Positions 27,342 to 35,552 of a stretch of DNA of 64,000 bases are shown here, piece by piece. This DNA comes from a virus (lineage: Duplodnaviria > Caudoviricetes), in IMG/VR virus record IMGVR_UViG_2687453531_000003, positions 21,299 to 85,298 of that record. One strand, written 5' to 3'. The translations under genes and the position numbers were made by a program. The number at the start of each line of letters is the position of its first letter. The stretch's first letter is position 1. The notes under the pieces are model-generated. The model did not search any database and had not been told where the DNA came from. It was given only the letters and a program-made list of their open reading frames with translations.

Positions 27342-27857
27342 TTATGGTGGCCAGCGCCACGGCCGGAAGTCGCTGGGGATCTGCTCGACAAGCAGCAGCG
27401 TGCCGCCGGCGTCGAGTTCGATCACCAGGCCACGCACGACGCCCGCGCGCTCAAGCGCCTGGCCCATGCGCAAGTATGTTATCCCGTCCAGGGGATCCCG
27501 GCCGAGGTAGCCCAGCCGCTGTCGTCCGGGTGCGGGCCCGTGGTAGATGCCCTCGTCGTCCACGCTCCCGACGACGGCGCCGCCGTCGAGCACGTCGTAG
27601 CAGCAGTCCGAGCAGTAGTGCGTCTCGCGCGTGATGCCGTGCTCGATCGCCCATGAGTACATGCCGAGGGCGTCGGTGACCATGTCGTGCCTGTCCTGCA
27701 GGCCCACGACGCCGCACTGGTAGAGCTCGTTGGCCTCGGCGACCAGGTACAGGTACTGCTCATCCGCGGCGTACAGCCAGGCAGCATGCTGCCGCATCGC
27801 TGCAAGCCATTGTGTTACGCGCTGATGATGGCAATGCCTAGGGTCGGAGTAGGACAT
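27342..27857 (-). CDS. 171-aa hypothetical protein, probably SOS-inducible
   Basis: GGAG RBS before ATG 27857; LexA box upstream. Confidence 0.7.
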   Translation of the reverse strand: MSYSDPRHCHHQRVTQWLAAMRQHAAWLYAADEQYLYLVAEANELYQCGVVGLQDRHDMVTDALGMYSWAIEHGITRETHYCSDCCYDVLDGGAVVGSVDDEGIYHGPAPGRQRLGYLGRDPLDGITYLRMGQALERAGVVRGLVIELDAGGTLLLVEQIPSDFRPWRWPP

Positions 27858-27887
27858 GGGAATCTCCGGCGGACGAGTGGGCCGGAA

Positions 27888-27909
27888 ATTATGCTGTATG
27901 AATATCCAG
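27888..27909 (-). promoter_or_regulatory. LexA (SOS) box abutting a -10 element
   Basis: CTGTATGAATATCCAG (27894-27909, CTG-N10-CAG); minus-strand CATAAT at 27888-27893. Confidence 0.8.
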
Positions 27910-27972
27910 TGTTCGAGGGCGTCCGACGAGCGGAGAGTGGCGCTCAGGCATGTCTGGAGGAGGGCGAAATCA

Positions 27973-28044
27973 TTTCCGCAATTTAAGAATCGACCCAGGC
28001 AGCAAGCGGCATCCATCGAAGGAAAAATGTCTGAATTGCGGAAA
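27973..28044. repeat. 11-bp inverted repeat, candidate integrase arm sites of prophage 1
   Basis: TTTCCGCAATT (27973-27983) and AATTGCGGAAA (28034-28044) just inside the att core. Confidence 0.5.
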
Positions 28045-28089
28045 CGAAATCCAGCCGCAACCCGCATAAACCTTGAATTCAGCGATAGA

Positions 28090-28147
28090 CTTGAAAACCG
28101 TCGAAGGGGAGACTCTTCCGTGAGTTCGAATCTCACCGCCTCCGCCA
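28090..28147 (+). pseudogene. 3' half of tRNA-Ser(UGA), attR of prophage 1
   Basis: Anticodon loop CTTGAAA, long variable arm GAAGGGGAGACTCTTC, T arm GTGAG-TTCGAAT-CTCAC, CCA end; no 5' half upstream. Confidence 0.88.
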
Positions 28148-28150
28148 TAT
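28121..28150 (+). other. att core (attL) of the phiCTX-like prophage
   Basis: TGAGTTCGAATCTCACCGCCTCCGCCATAT; phiCTX integrates at the 3' end of a tRNA-Ser gene; integrase adjacent; TGGGAAC direct repeats at 28206 and 28217. Confidence 0.8.
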
Positions 28151-28232
28151 AACCTTCTGTTTTCATTGATGTTTTCATTCGATCCGCTCTCAGGAGTGAA
28201 CGATTTGGGAACAAACTGGGAACGAGGCGCAG

Positions 28233-28261
28233 AAAAAAGGGGCCCAGCAGGGCCCCTTTTT
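28233..28261. terminator. Bidirectional terminator after int
   Basis: AAAAAAGGGGCCC-agca-GGGCCCCTTTTT. Confidence 0.85.
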
Positions 28262-28268
28262 CGTTGCT

Positions 28269-29456
28269 TCAGGAAAGTTTCAGCGCCTGGTTCAGCAGAC
28301 CTACGATGTCGGGGCCGTCCTTGCTGATCCACTTGGCGTAATGCTTGAAGATCATCGCCGTCGAGGTGTGCCCCATCTGGTCCGCGATCCATTCGGGAGT
28401 GGCGATGCCGCTGCTGAGCATCTGGCTGGCGAAGGTGTGACGGCACTGATTGGGACCACGCGAGCGGACGCCCGCATTCCTGAGGTGGCCATGCCACCAG
28501 CCGTTGCGCAGCGTATCCGACGTGGAGTACGCCGCCCCGCTAGCACTGTTGTGGAACACGAAGCGTACCCGTTGAGCCTTTCTGGTCCGGTTGTCGCGGT
28601 CTATCACCTCGATCTGTACGGGCGGAAGGCGTCTGGTTAGTTTGGCCTGCTGCTGCAGTGCGCGCAGCGCCGGGGCCAGTAGCTGGACCTTCCTCGTCGA
28701 TCGGCGAGTCTTGGTGACCTTGTACTGGCTGCGTACACGGGCGCGGCGGAAAACCACGGTCCCCGTGTCCAAATCGACATCTTCCCAGGCCAGAGCTATG
28801 GCCTCGCTGACGCGGGGGCCGCTCCAGATCATGAATTCCGCCAGGTTCAGCTCACCGATGCGCGCGGTTTCGGTACCGAGGATGAGGTCGATTTCCTCTC
28901 GAGTGAATGGGTCTGGGTCATCCGCATCCGGGAGAGTGATCACGATGCCGTCTGTTGGGTCGTGCGCGGTCCGGTTCCGAGTTCGATACAGCCGGAAGAT
29001 CTGCCGCAGGTTGCTGACGATCTCTCGCACCGTCTTGTTGTGCAGCTTGGGCATGAGCGTGTTCTGCACCCAGTCTTGAATATCCAGGTGGTCGATGCTG
29101 TCGGCCTGGCTGTCACCCCAGCGAGGTCGGATGTGGGTTTCCACGCGGCTGGTGTAGCCGCGGAAGCCGCTGGCGGCGATCTGGTTGCGTTTGATATCGA
29201 GCCAGAGGTCGATGTAATGGCCGAGGGTGTTGCTTTTCACCCGGGGTGAGTCCGGGAAGTGTCGGCTGTAGTTGAAGACTCCTTGCTTGATCTCGTAGTT
29301 GATGATGCCGGCCAGCCGTTCGGCATTGGCTATATTCTCGGGCGTTGCGTCCCCTGGTATGGACTCCCTACACAGCTCGCCCTGGTAGCGGAAGTAGATC
29401 CTGATCCGGTTTCCGCGTACCTCGACTCCGTCTGCCATCTGGTTCCCCTGATCCAC
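28269..29456 (-). CDS. int: Tyrosine integrase with Arm DNA-binding domain
   Basis: SGPRVSE (R), TKT (K), CRHTFAS, QMGH, HY catalytic motifs. Confidence 0.95.
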   Translation of the reverse strand: MDQGNQMADGVEVRGNRIRIYFRYQGELCRESIPGDATPENIANAERLAGIINYEIKQGVFNYSRHFPDSPRVKSNTLGHYIDLWLDIKRNQIAASGFRGYTSRVETHIRPRWGDSQADSIDHLDIQDWVQNTLMPKLHNKTVREIVSNLRQIFRLYRTRNRTAHDPTDGIVITLPDADDPDPFTREEIDLILGTETARIGELNLAEFMIWSGPRVSEAIALAWEDVDLDTGTVVFRRARVRSQYKVTKTRRSTRKVQLLAPALRALQQQAKLTRRLPPVQIEVIDRDNRTRKAQRVRFVFHNSASGAAYSTSDTLRNGWWHGHLRNAGVRSRGPNQCRHTFASQMLSSGIATPEWIADQMGHTSTAMIFKHYAKWISKDGPDIVGLLNQALKLS

Positions 29457-29483
29457 ACCAAACGTTCAGGCTATCAAGTCTCC

Positions 29484-29508
29484 AAAAAAATAGGCCCGCA
29501 AGCGGGCC
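29484..29508 (-). terminator. Intrinsic terminator ending the early operon
   Basis: Minus strand GGCCCGCTTGCGGGCC-TATTTTTTT. Confidence 0.75.
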
Positions 29509-29540
29509 AAGAAGATTCGTTGCCTGTTTCTGGTAGCTCT

Positions 29541-29648
29541 CTACCATTCAGTCAACACCATGAAGTACAGGATGAAGACAACCAAAGTCGCGAGAGAGAA
29601 GTTCAACAGGCTGCGAGGGCTGTCTAGCATTTTGAGTAGTTCGTGCAT
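29541..29648 (-). CDS. 35-aa membrane peptide
   Basis: AAGGGG RBS; MHELLKMLDSPRSLLNFSLATLVVFILYFMVLTEW*. Confidence 0.55.
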   Translation of the reverse strand: MHELLKMLDSPRSLLNFSLATLVVFILYFMVLTEW

Positions 29649-29658
29649 GAATATCCCC

Positions 29659-30891
29659 TTAACAGAACAGCAGCGGCTGTACCGCGCCGTCGGCGAAGAC
29701 TTTGTCGAGAGGGGTGATGGCGATTGGCTCGTCGCCGTCCCAGCCATCCGGCCAGGTTCCGGCGGCGATCAGCTCGCGGATGCGGGCCTCTTCCTCGGCG
29801 TTGATCAGGTCGATGTGAGGGCGACCGAGGGGGGCGGCTGCGGCGTTGCATTCGGCCTGGATGGCCAGCACGCGCTCCAGGCCCATCAAGCGGGACTCCA
29901 GCAGGATCGGTCCCATACGCTGGGGGTTCGCCGCGATGCTGCCGTCCTTCAGCCGCTCGATGCCGGCCTTGCGTAGACGATGCTGGGGTTCGCGCAACTC
30001 GCGCCACAGCGGCTTGATGCGCTTGAGCGGCGCCAGGTACTGCCAGTACGGAACCAGCAGGATCGTGTCGAGCGCCTTGTCTTCATCAGTCAGCGGGCAA
30101 CTGGTGCAACCGGTGCGCGCGTTGATTTCCTCGGCCTCGTCGCCGCCGTAGGCGTCGGCGATCATGGTGGTAGACCAGTCGCCGAATTCGGGCAGGGGGG
30201 CCCAGTGCTTCAGCCATTCCCAGACATGACAGACCCGCCAGTGCAGAAGCGGTGCGAGCGTGGCGATGCGTCCCTTGATGCCCTTTGCCTCGGGTAGAAC
30301 CTTTTGATACCAGCCCTGGCCGCACTCGGCTCCATCCTTACCGCATGACATCTCGATGCGTTTGTCGCGTATTGCGCTCTCGCCCTGGCGTACGCCAGTG
30401 ATCATCAACACGTTGCCGTCGAGCGCGGCCAGGCGTTGCTCGAGGGCGGTGACCATCGGGTCGACCTTGATCTGCCGGGTGCACCAGCGAAGCGTGTTGT
30501 TGTTCGGCGGTGGCACGCCCCTGCCGAGGATGTAGACCATGAAGCGCTTGTCGAGCGGGGCCATGACCACTTCGACGTGGACGCCACGCTCTTCCAGTTC
30601 GTCCATGAGGTGACGCGCAGAGTTCGCCAGCGGCAGCAATTCCAGACGGGTATCGGCATAGAACACGGTCAAGGTTTTCGGCGCTTTCACCTTCCTGGCG
30701 TCGATCAGATAGAGCACTAGAGTGACAGTGGCGCTACTGTCCTTGCCGCCCGACCAGGCAATGGCCCAATGCTCATGATCGGCGCCGTAGGCCTGTAGGG
30801 ATTGGATTGTCAGTTCAATGCTCTCGGTCATCTGCAGGCGCTGGGCGCCGGCGGCGAAGATGTCGTTTTGACGCGGGGTAAAGGTCTTCAC
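29659..30891 (-). CDS. PAPS-reductase/DndC-like PP-loop protein
   Basis: SGGKDS, FYADTRLE, RWCTRQIKVDP, GVRQGES, RTGCTSCP; GTG start overlaps the upstream stop. Confidence 0.85.
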   Translation of the reverse strand: MKTFTPRQNDIFAAGAQRLQMTESIELTIQSLQAYGADHEHWAIAWSGGKDSSATVTLVLYLIDARKVKAPKTLTVFYADTRLELLPLANSARHLMDELEERGVHVEVVMAPLDKRFMVYILGRGVPPPNNNTLRWCTRQIKVDPMVTALEQRLAALDGNVLMITGVRQGESAIRDKRIEMSCGKDGAECGQGWYQKVLPEAKGIKGRIATLAPLLHWRVCHVWEWLKHWAPLPEFGDWSTTMIADAYGGDEAEEINARTGCTSCPLTDEDKALDTILLVPYWQYLAPLKRIKPLWRELREPQHRLRKAGIERLKDGSIAANPQRMGPILLESRLMGLERVLAIQAECNAAAAPLGRPHIDLINAEEEARIRELIAAGTWPDGWDGDEPIAITPLDKVFADGAVQPLLFC

Positions 30892-31172
30892 TGATGCGTC
30901 TCCGTCTGGGCAGAGCTCCGCTCCAAAAGGGCGATGCCTCCCTGCGCTTTCCTGGCCGCCAGGTTGGCCATGTAGCTGGCCCACTCGACAGCCTTGGCCT
31001 GTTGGCGAATTCGGCTGCAGCGTTGGTGTTTGCCGGTGGAACGTGCGTTGCCGCAGATATCACAGATGCTCGGAAGGTCCAGCCGCTTGCTGGCCATCGC
31101 TGGGCGAGTGCGAGCCGCCGACGTGGTTGTGCTAGCCTTGGCGCCGCCGCCTTGAGGCTGATTCGCTTGCAT
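30888..31172 (-). CDS. Small Zn-binding hypothetical protein
   Basis: CDICGNARSTGKHQRCS; strong RBS. Confidence 0.7.
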   Translation of the reverse strand: MQANQPQGGGAKASTTTSAARTRPAMASKRLDLPSICDICGNARSTGKHQRCSRIRQQAKAVEWASYMANLAARKAQGGIALLERSSAQTETHQ

Positions 31173-31231
31173 GGTGTCTCTCCTTTGGGGTGGTTGGCGC
31201 CAGGGAGTTGCCGCTCCCTGGCGCCTCTTCT

Positions 31232-31438
31232 TCAACGCCGCGCGGGGTGCTCGCGCAGTTCCTGACAGCTGATGCAGCACTCACAACCCGGGGCGGCCTG
31301 GCGGCGAGCCTCGGGGATTCGCTCGCCGCAGTCTTCGCACCAGAGGGCGCTGGGTGCCAGGCGGGTGTTTGTCCGCTGGGCCAGGGCGGCCTGGACCATG
31401 TTCTCGGCCCGTTCGTTGGCCTGGTCGATCACATCCAC
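31232..31438 (-). CDS. TraR/DksA C4 zinc-finger protein
   Basis: CEDCGERIPEARR...CISCQ. Confidence 0.9.
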   Translation of the reverse strand: MDVIDQANERAENMVQAALAQRTNTRLAPSALWCEDCGERIPEARRQAAPGCECCISCQELREHPARR

Positions 31439-31449
31439 AGTCAGCCTCC

Positions 31450-31803
31450 TTATGCTGCAAGCTTCGCTGCGGCCCAGCGCTTGCTCAGGTCCTGCCAGAT
31501 CGCATCGCCGTTTTCGAAGTACTCATGCACTTCCTGTTTCGGGGCGTAGTCCATGCGCAGCACGGACAGGCACGCATCGAACAGCGCTGGGTCGAGGCGG
31601 CGCAGCTCGGTGAGGTCGAAGCGGTGGGCTTGGCCGTTGTACAGGCCGAGCAGGAACCGACCGATCACGCCGCTCTGGCCGCTGTCGCGCTGGGCGATCG
31701 GCAGCAGGCGTTTCAGCGCGGTGAGGCCGGCTACCTCGTTCTCCTGCTGCCTGGCCTGGAAGTCGTGGATCAACCGCAGATAGTCGTGGGGGAGGGGTTG
31801 CAT
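31450..31803 (-). CDS. Conserved hypothetical phage protein
   Basis: DSGQS...FLLGLYNG..FDLTELRRLD; strong RBS. Confidence 0.75.
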   Translation of the reverse strand: MQPLPHDYLRLIHDFQARQQENEVAGLTALKRLLPIAQRDSGQSGVIGRFLLGLYNGQAHRFDLTELRRLDPALFDACLSVLRMDYAPKQEVHEYFENGDAIWQDLSKRWAAAKLAA

Positions 31804-31862
31804 GGTGTCTCTCCTATCGGTTTGTGGTCCCGGCGTTGCCGCGCCGGGTCAAGGGTCGTCGG

Positions 31863-32135
31863 TCAGTTCGCTACAACGGCGTGGATGGTGAGGTCGCTGG
31901 GGATATCGCCTTTGAGGTGCCGCAGGTGCTTGATCTGTTGCTCACTGCATTCGTCGATGCAGATCACCTTGGCGCCGTGGCTGATGCGGTGGCGCACCAA
32001 CAGCTCTAGGTCGAACGGTGTGTAGAGACTGCCGCTGATGATCTGGTGCTCTTCCTGACCGGCCTTACGTGCGGCCTGGCGCAGGCGAATGGTCTTGCCG
32101 GTCATCCGTGCGCCGCGTTCTACGTTCAGTTGCAT
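31863..32135 (-). CDS. 90-aa minimal P-loop-like protein
   Basis: GARMTGKT (Walker A-like), VICIDE (Walker B-like); strong RBS. Confidence 0.7.
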   Translation of the reverse strand: MQLNVERGARMTGKTIRLRQAARKAGQEEHQIISGSLYTPFDLELLVRHRISHGAKVICIDECSEQQIKHLRHLKGDIPSDLTIHAVVAN

Positions 32136-32179
32136 GGTGTCTCTCCTTTGGGGTTGCAGTTCCGGCGTTGCCGCGCCGG

Positions 32180-34900
32180 TCAGGCTTGGAAAATCCAGCA
32201 CTTGACGGTGCTGGGTCGGTTGGTGAGAGGGTTCTGGCGGGCGTGTGCCGAACGCACGGCACTGTCGACGGCCTTGTATTCGATGAACTTGTGCCGGCGG
32301 GACTCTTTCAGCAGGTCGCGCAGGGTTGCCGCGTCGGCCACCTTCTGGCGGTGGTCGGCGGCCAGCTTCACGAACTCGTTGAGGTTGATGGCGATGGTTC
32401 CGGGGTTCTTGCTGTGGTTGAGCACCGGCTCTTCGCTGAGGTTTTCGAGGTAGTCGTAGACCTCCCAGAACTCGGCCACCTCGGGCGCGTCGGCGTTGAC
32501 GGCGTCCTGGCGCTCCAGGGCCATCGTCATCAGGGTCTGCTGAGCGCAGGCGAGCTGGTGCTCGGACAGCGGCACCACCAGGCGCAGCGCGTCGACCAGG
32601 GCCATCATCTGCGCGTGGTTGAGGATCAGCCGCTCGATACGAATCTGCTTCAGACCGCGCAGCGTCGCGCTGTGAACCTTCAGCCGCTCGCGGAAGCACT
32701 CCAGCACGCGGGCCTCGGAGCGGATGGCCATCAGCAGGAAGTGGCTGACCTCGAGCACGCCCAGGTGGTTGAGGTTGTCGGCCGCAGCCTGGCTCTCGCG
32801 GGTGATCTCTGGGCGAATGAAGTGCAGCTTCACGATACGGGTCAAGATCGCTTCGGAGGCCTGCACCGTGGCGTTCTGGCTCATCACCAGGGTGCCGCGG
32901 AAGGGGGGCTCGTAGGTCTCGTTGCCGGCGGTCTTCTGGCCTGTCACGCCCAACGCGCGGCCGTTGAACAGCGGCTTGAACTCGTCCCAGTCGAAGGACT
33001 TGGCGGCGCCGCCGGCGCGGCTGTTGTCGCTGCGGTCGGCCTCAAGCATGACCATGGGCATGTTCGACAGCTGGGTCAGCCAGCGGCGTAGGCCCGCCTT
33101 GGTCATCTTCGACGGGTCCTGGCCTTCCTCGTCCGCCCGGCCGAGCAGCTTCCACAGGAAGGTGATCAGCGTGGACTTGCCGGCACCGGCCTCGCCGGTG
33201 GCCTCGAGGAACGGAAAGGACTGGAACTCGGCGCGGATCTGCTCCGCGAACAGCGAGCCGAACCAGAATGCCAGCGCCACCAGGCCCTTGGCCCCGAAGC
33301 AGGTCCACAGCCAGTCTAGCCACTCCGGGCGGTAGTCCTTGGCGTCGGTGGCGATCTGCAGCTTGATCGATCGCTGCAGGGTCTTCAGGCGCAGCTTTTG
33401 GAACTCGAAGAAGTCTTCGGCGTTGGCCTTTTCGATCACGCCACCGCGCACTGCCACGTCGCCCAGGACGTAGCAGGCATGCTCCCGGCTGTAGCCCAGG
33501 TAATCGATGGTGGCCACCGTCTTCAGGCCGGTGAGTTGCAGCTTCATGATCTGGTCGAGCTGCGCGCCGCTGCCGGTGAATATCGCCCCGGCCGCCACGC
33601 CGAGCAGGCGCTTCTTGAACTCGCTGGCCGCTGCGACCTGGGCGCTGGTGAATGTGTTCTTCACGCTCTCGTCGTCGGGACGATCGATGCGGAAGTAGTA
33701 CCAGCTCTCGTCTGTGACCTCGTTGCGCTGGAAGTACAGGGCCTGGGGGAAGCAGTTTGCGATTTCAACCACATTGCCTGACTGCTGCAGCGCCTTGTCG
33801 CGCTTCTGTCTGTCGTTCAGCAACTTATCTTCGTGGTCGTCACTGTTTTCGAACGCGCGCATGGCCCGGTCGAACTTCTCGAGGTCCAGCTTGAACCAGA
33901 ACAATCTGTTGCCGAACCGAAAGTGGAATTCGCCGCGGCTGTTCCAGTCGTACATCAGCAGCGCTTTCTCGGCAGGACTCTCGGCGATCAGCAGCGCGCC
34001 CTCATGACGTGCGGTCTTGAGGTCTTTCTCGATCTTTGCAGCACGCTCGGCCGCGTCATCGATGAACATCCAGCGCTGGTGCAGGTCGTTCCAGTCGAAT
34101 TTGCGGTTGTTGCGCTGCGGCAGTTGGGCCGCTTCGCAGACGTAGCCCAGGGCACGCGCCTCGGTCACCCAGCGCCGGGTGTACCTATGGGCGCCGGGTT
34201 CGTTGTCCAGCGCCCAGATCAGTTTCGGCAGCTTGCCGCCACGGGCTGTCGCGAGTTCGCGCAGGGACTGCTCGGGGAAGGCGTTGGAGCTCATGGCTGA
34301 CACAGCGTCGATGCCGTGGTGCAGCAGCGCGATGGCGTCGAAGATACCTTCGACGATCCACAGCTCCTTCACCTCCTGCAGGTCGACGCTGGGTGGGCAC
34401 CACCAGACGCCGCGCGGGCTGTCGCCCGGCTTGAAGCGCGCCTTCTTCTTGCCGAAGCGGCTCGGGCGATCGATTAGGCGTTCCCAGTAGCCGCCTTTCT
34501 TCAGCGGGAAGCGTACTGTCGCGCTACCGATCTCAAGGTCGCGGTCCCAGTAGTTTTCCTGGCTGTACCAGCCATCGATCAGCTTCAGGTCGAAGCCGCG
34601 GGCATGCGCCAGGTACGCCCGGGCCGAGGCGGCGGGTTCCTTGTCGGTGGCCGGCGCTCGCTTGCTCCAGTCGTCGAAGAGCTCCGGGTAGATTTCCTTG
34701 ATGTGCCAGGTGTCGCCGCACTTGCCGCGCCCGCAGCGGATGAACCAGGGGCTGTCGACCAGGGCGTAGAGCTCCTTTTTGCCGCACGTCGGGCACTCGC
34801 CCTTGCGCATGTACTTCGTGCCCTTGATCGGCGTCAGGCCGTACTGGTTCTGCAGGCGGCGCAGCACGTCGGCCTTGAGCTCGCGGTCCATTTCCTTCAT
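32180..34900 (-). CDS. Replication protein: Zn finger-TOPRIM primase-helicase
   Basis: CPTCGKKE, IVEGIFDA, WALDNE, Walker A GEAGAGKS. Confidence 0.92.
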   Translation of the reverse strand: MKEMDRELKADVLRRLQNQYGLTPIKGTKYMRKGECPTCGKKELYALVDSPWFIRCGRGKCGDTWHIKEIYPELFDDWSKRAPATDKEPAASARAYLAHARGFDLKLIDGWYSQENYWDRDLEIGSATVRFPLKKGGYWERLIDRPSRFGKKKARFKPGDSPRGVWWCPPSVDLQEVKELWIVEGIFDAIALLHHGIDAVSAMSSNAFPEQSLRELATARGGKLPKLIWALDNEPGAHRYTRRWVTEARALGYVCEAAQLPQRNNRKFDWNDLHQRWMFIDDAAERAAKIEKDLKTARHEGALLIAESPAEKALLMYDWNSRGEFHFRFGNRLFWFKLDLEKFDRAMRAFENSDDHEDKLLNDRQKRDKALQQSGNVVEIANCFPQALYFQRNEVTDESWYYFRIDRPDDESVKNTFTSAQVAAASEFKKRLLGVAAGAIFTGSGAQLDQIMKLQLTGLKTVATIDYLGYSREHACYVLGDVAVRGGVIEKANAEDFFEFQKLRLKTLQRSIKLQIATDAKDYRPEWLDWLWTCFGAKGLVALAFWFGSLFAEQIRAEFQSFPFLEATGEAGAGKSTLITFLWKLLGRADEEGQDPSKMTKAGLRRWLTQLSNMPMVMLEADRSDNSRAGGAAKSFDWDEFKPLFNGRALGVTGQKTAGNETYEPPFRGTLVMSQNATVQASEAILTRIVKLHFIRPEITRESQAAADNLNHLGVLEVSHFLLMAIRSEARVLECFRERLKVHSATLRGLKQIRIERLILNHAQMMALVDALRLVVPLSEHQLACAQQTLMTMALERQDAVNADAPEVAEFWEVYDYLENLSEEPVLNHSKNPGTIAINLNEFVKLAADHRQKVADAATLRDLLKESRRHKFIEYKAVDSAVRSAHARQNPLTNRPSTVKCWIFQA

Positions 34901-35130
34901 GCGCGCCCCCGAATCTGCTTGCGCAGCTCGCGGATGGTCCGGCAGATGCCGGCGATGTGTGGGCGGTCCTCGAGGATGCGCTTGCCGCGTAGCCCCTGCG
35001 GCGTATAGCGGTAGCGGTCGTCGTACCAGCACTCGGCCATGGCGGCTTCGTACTGGCTGACCAGCCAGAGCAGGTACTTCTCAGCCTGGTTCTGGTCGAC
35101 TTCGACGGTGATTGAAATGTGGCCGCTCAT
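34897..35130 (-). CDS. Hypothetical early protein
   Basis: 77 aa, GAGGT RBS, ATGA overlap with the replication gene. Confidence 0.7.
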   Translation of the reverse strand: MSGHISITVEVDQNQAEKYLLWLVSQYEAAMAECWYDDRYRYTPQGLRGKRILEDRPHIAGICRTIRELRKQIRGRA

Positions 35131-35201
35131 GGCGGAATACCTCGAATTCTGGGCGTAACTTCCCCAAACCCACGGCAGTGGGTGGGTCGATTTCAGGGTG
35201 G

Positions 35202-35552
35202 TTACGGGGTGTGCTGCGGGCGCTGCTTGAGCAGATGGTCCGGCAGGTAGCGGGCCGGGATCGGGAAGCGGCAGTGGCTGCGGGTGTCGATCAGGTAGAC
35301 CACTTCGTTGTCACCCTCGCCCCAGTCGATACCCAGCCAGATCGGCTCCGGACCTGCGAAGACCTGGTCCCAGGCGCGCTGGGCGAGTCGCTCGGCCATG
35401 AACTGGGGAACCTCGAGGCCCTTGACCAGATGATTGACGCAGGCGCTGAACAGCCGGTCGGAGCCGGAGGACAGGTACTGGTTCGCGTTGCTCCGCAAGT
35501 AGGCTGCGGCGGCCTGTTGCATGGTGCTGCGATAGTCGTTGCTGCCGTTCAT
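35202..35552 (-). CDS. Hypothetical early protein
   Basis: 116 aa, ATGA overlap with ogr. Confidence 0.7.
   Translation of the reverse strand: MNGSNDYRSTMQQAAAAYLRSNANQYLSSGSDRLFSACVNHLVKGLEVPQFMAERLAQRAWDQVFAGPEPIWLGIDWGEGDNEVVYLIDTRSHCRFPIPARYLPDHLLKQRPQHTP

Larger units (their letters stand above)
1..28150 (+). mobile_element. Prophage 1, lambdoid siphovirus (late region to attR; left end outside window)
   Basis: Contiguous + strand lysis-packaging-head-tail-lysis operon ending at a duplicated tRNA 3' half. Confidence 0.93.
31167..32179 (-). repeat. Three copies of a hairpin(CGGCAA loop)-RBS-start module
   Basis: Identical TTGCATGGTGTCTCTCCT at 31167, 31798 and 32130, each next to a hairpin with a TTGCCG loop (+ strand reading). 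Confidence 0.9.

Noticed and set aside
28060-28147. Complete tRNA-Ser gene
   Set aside because: No 5' acceptor strand or D arm, and the anticodon stem 5' side does not pair; it is an att fragment
27858-28214. N-terminal extension of the 290-aa ORF 27342..28214
   Set aside because: Runs antisense through the tRNA fragment and a LexA box; the RBS-supported start is 27857
29659-30891. Complete Dnd/Ssp phosphorothioation system or sulfate-assimilation cysH
   Set aside because: No partner genes in the window; context is a phage early operon
31167-32179. CRISPR array or integron attC sites
   Set aside because: Units are separated by whole genes, no cas or integron integrase, no GTTRRRY ends; reported as cassette repeats instead
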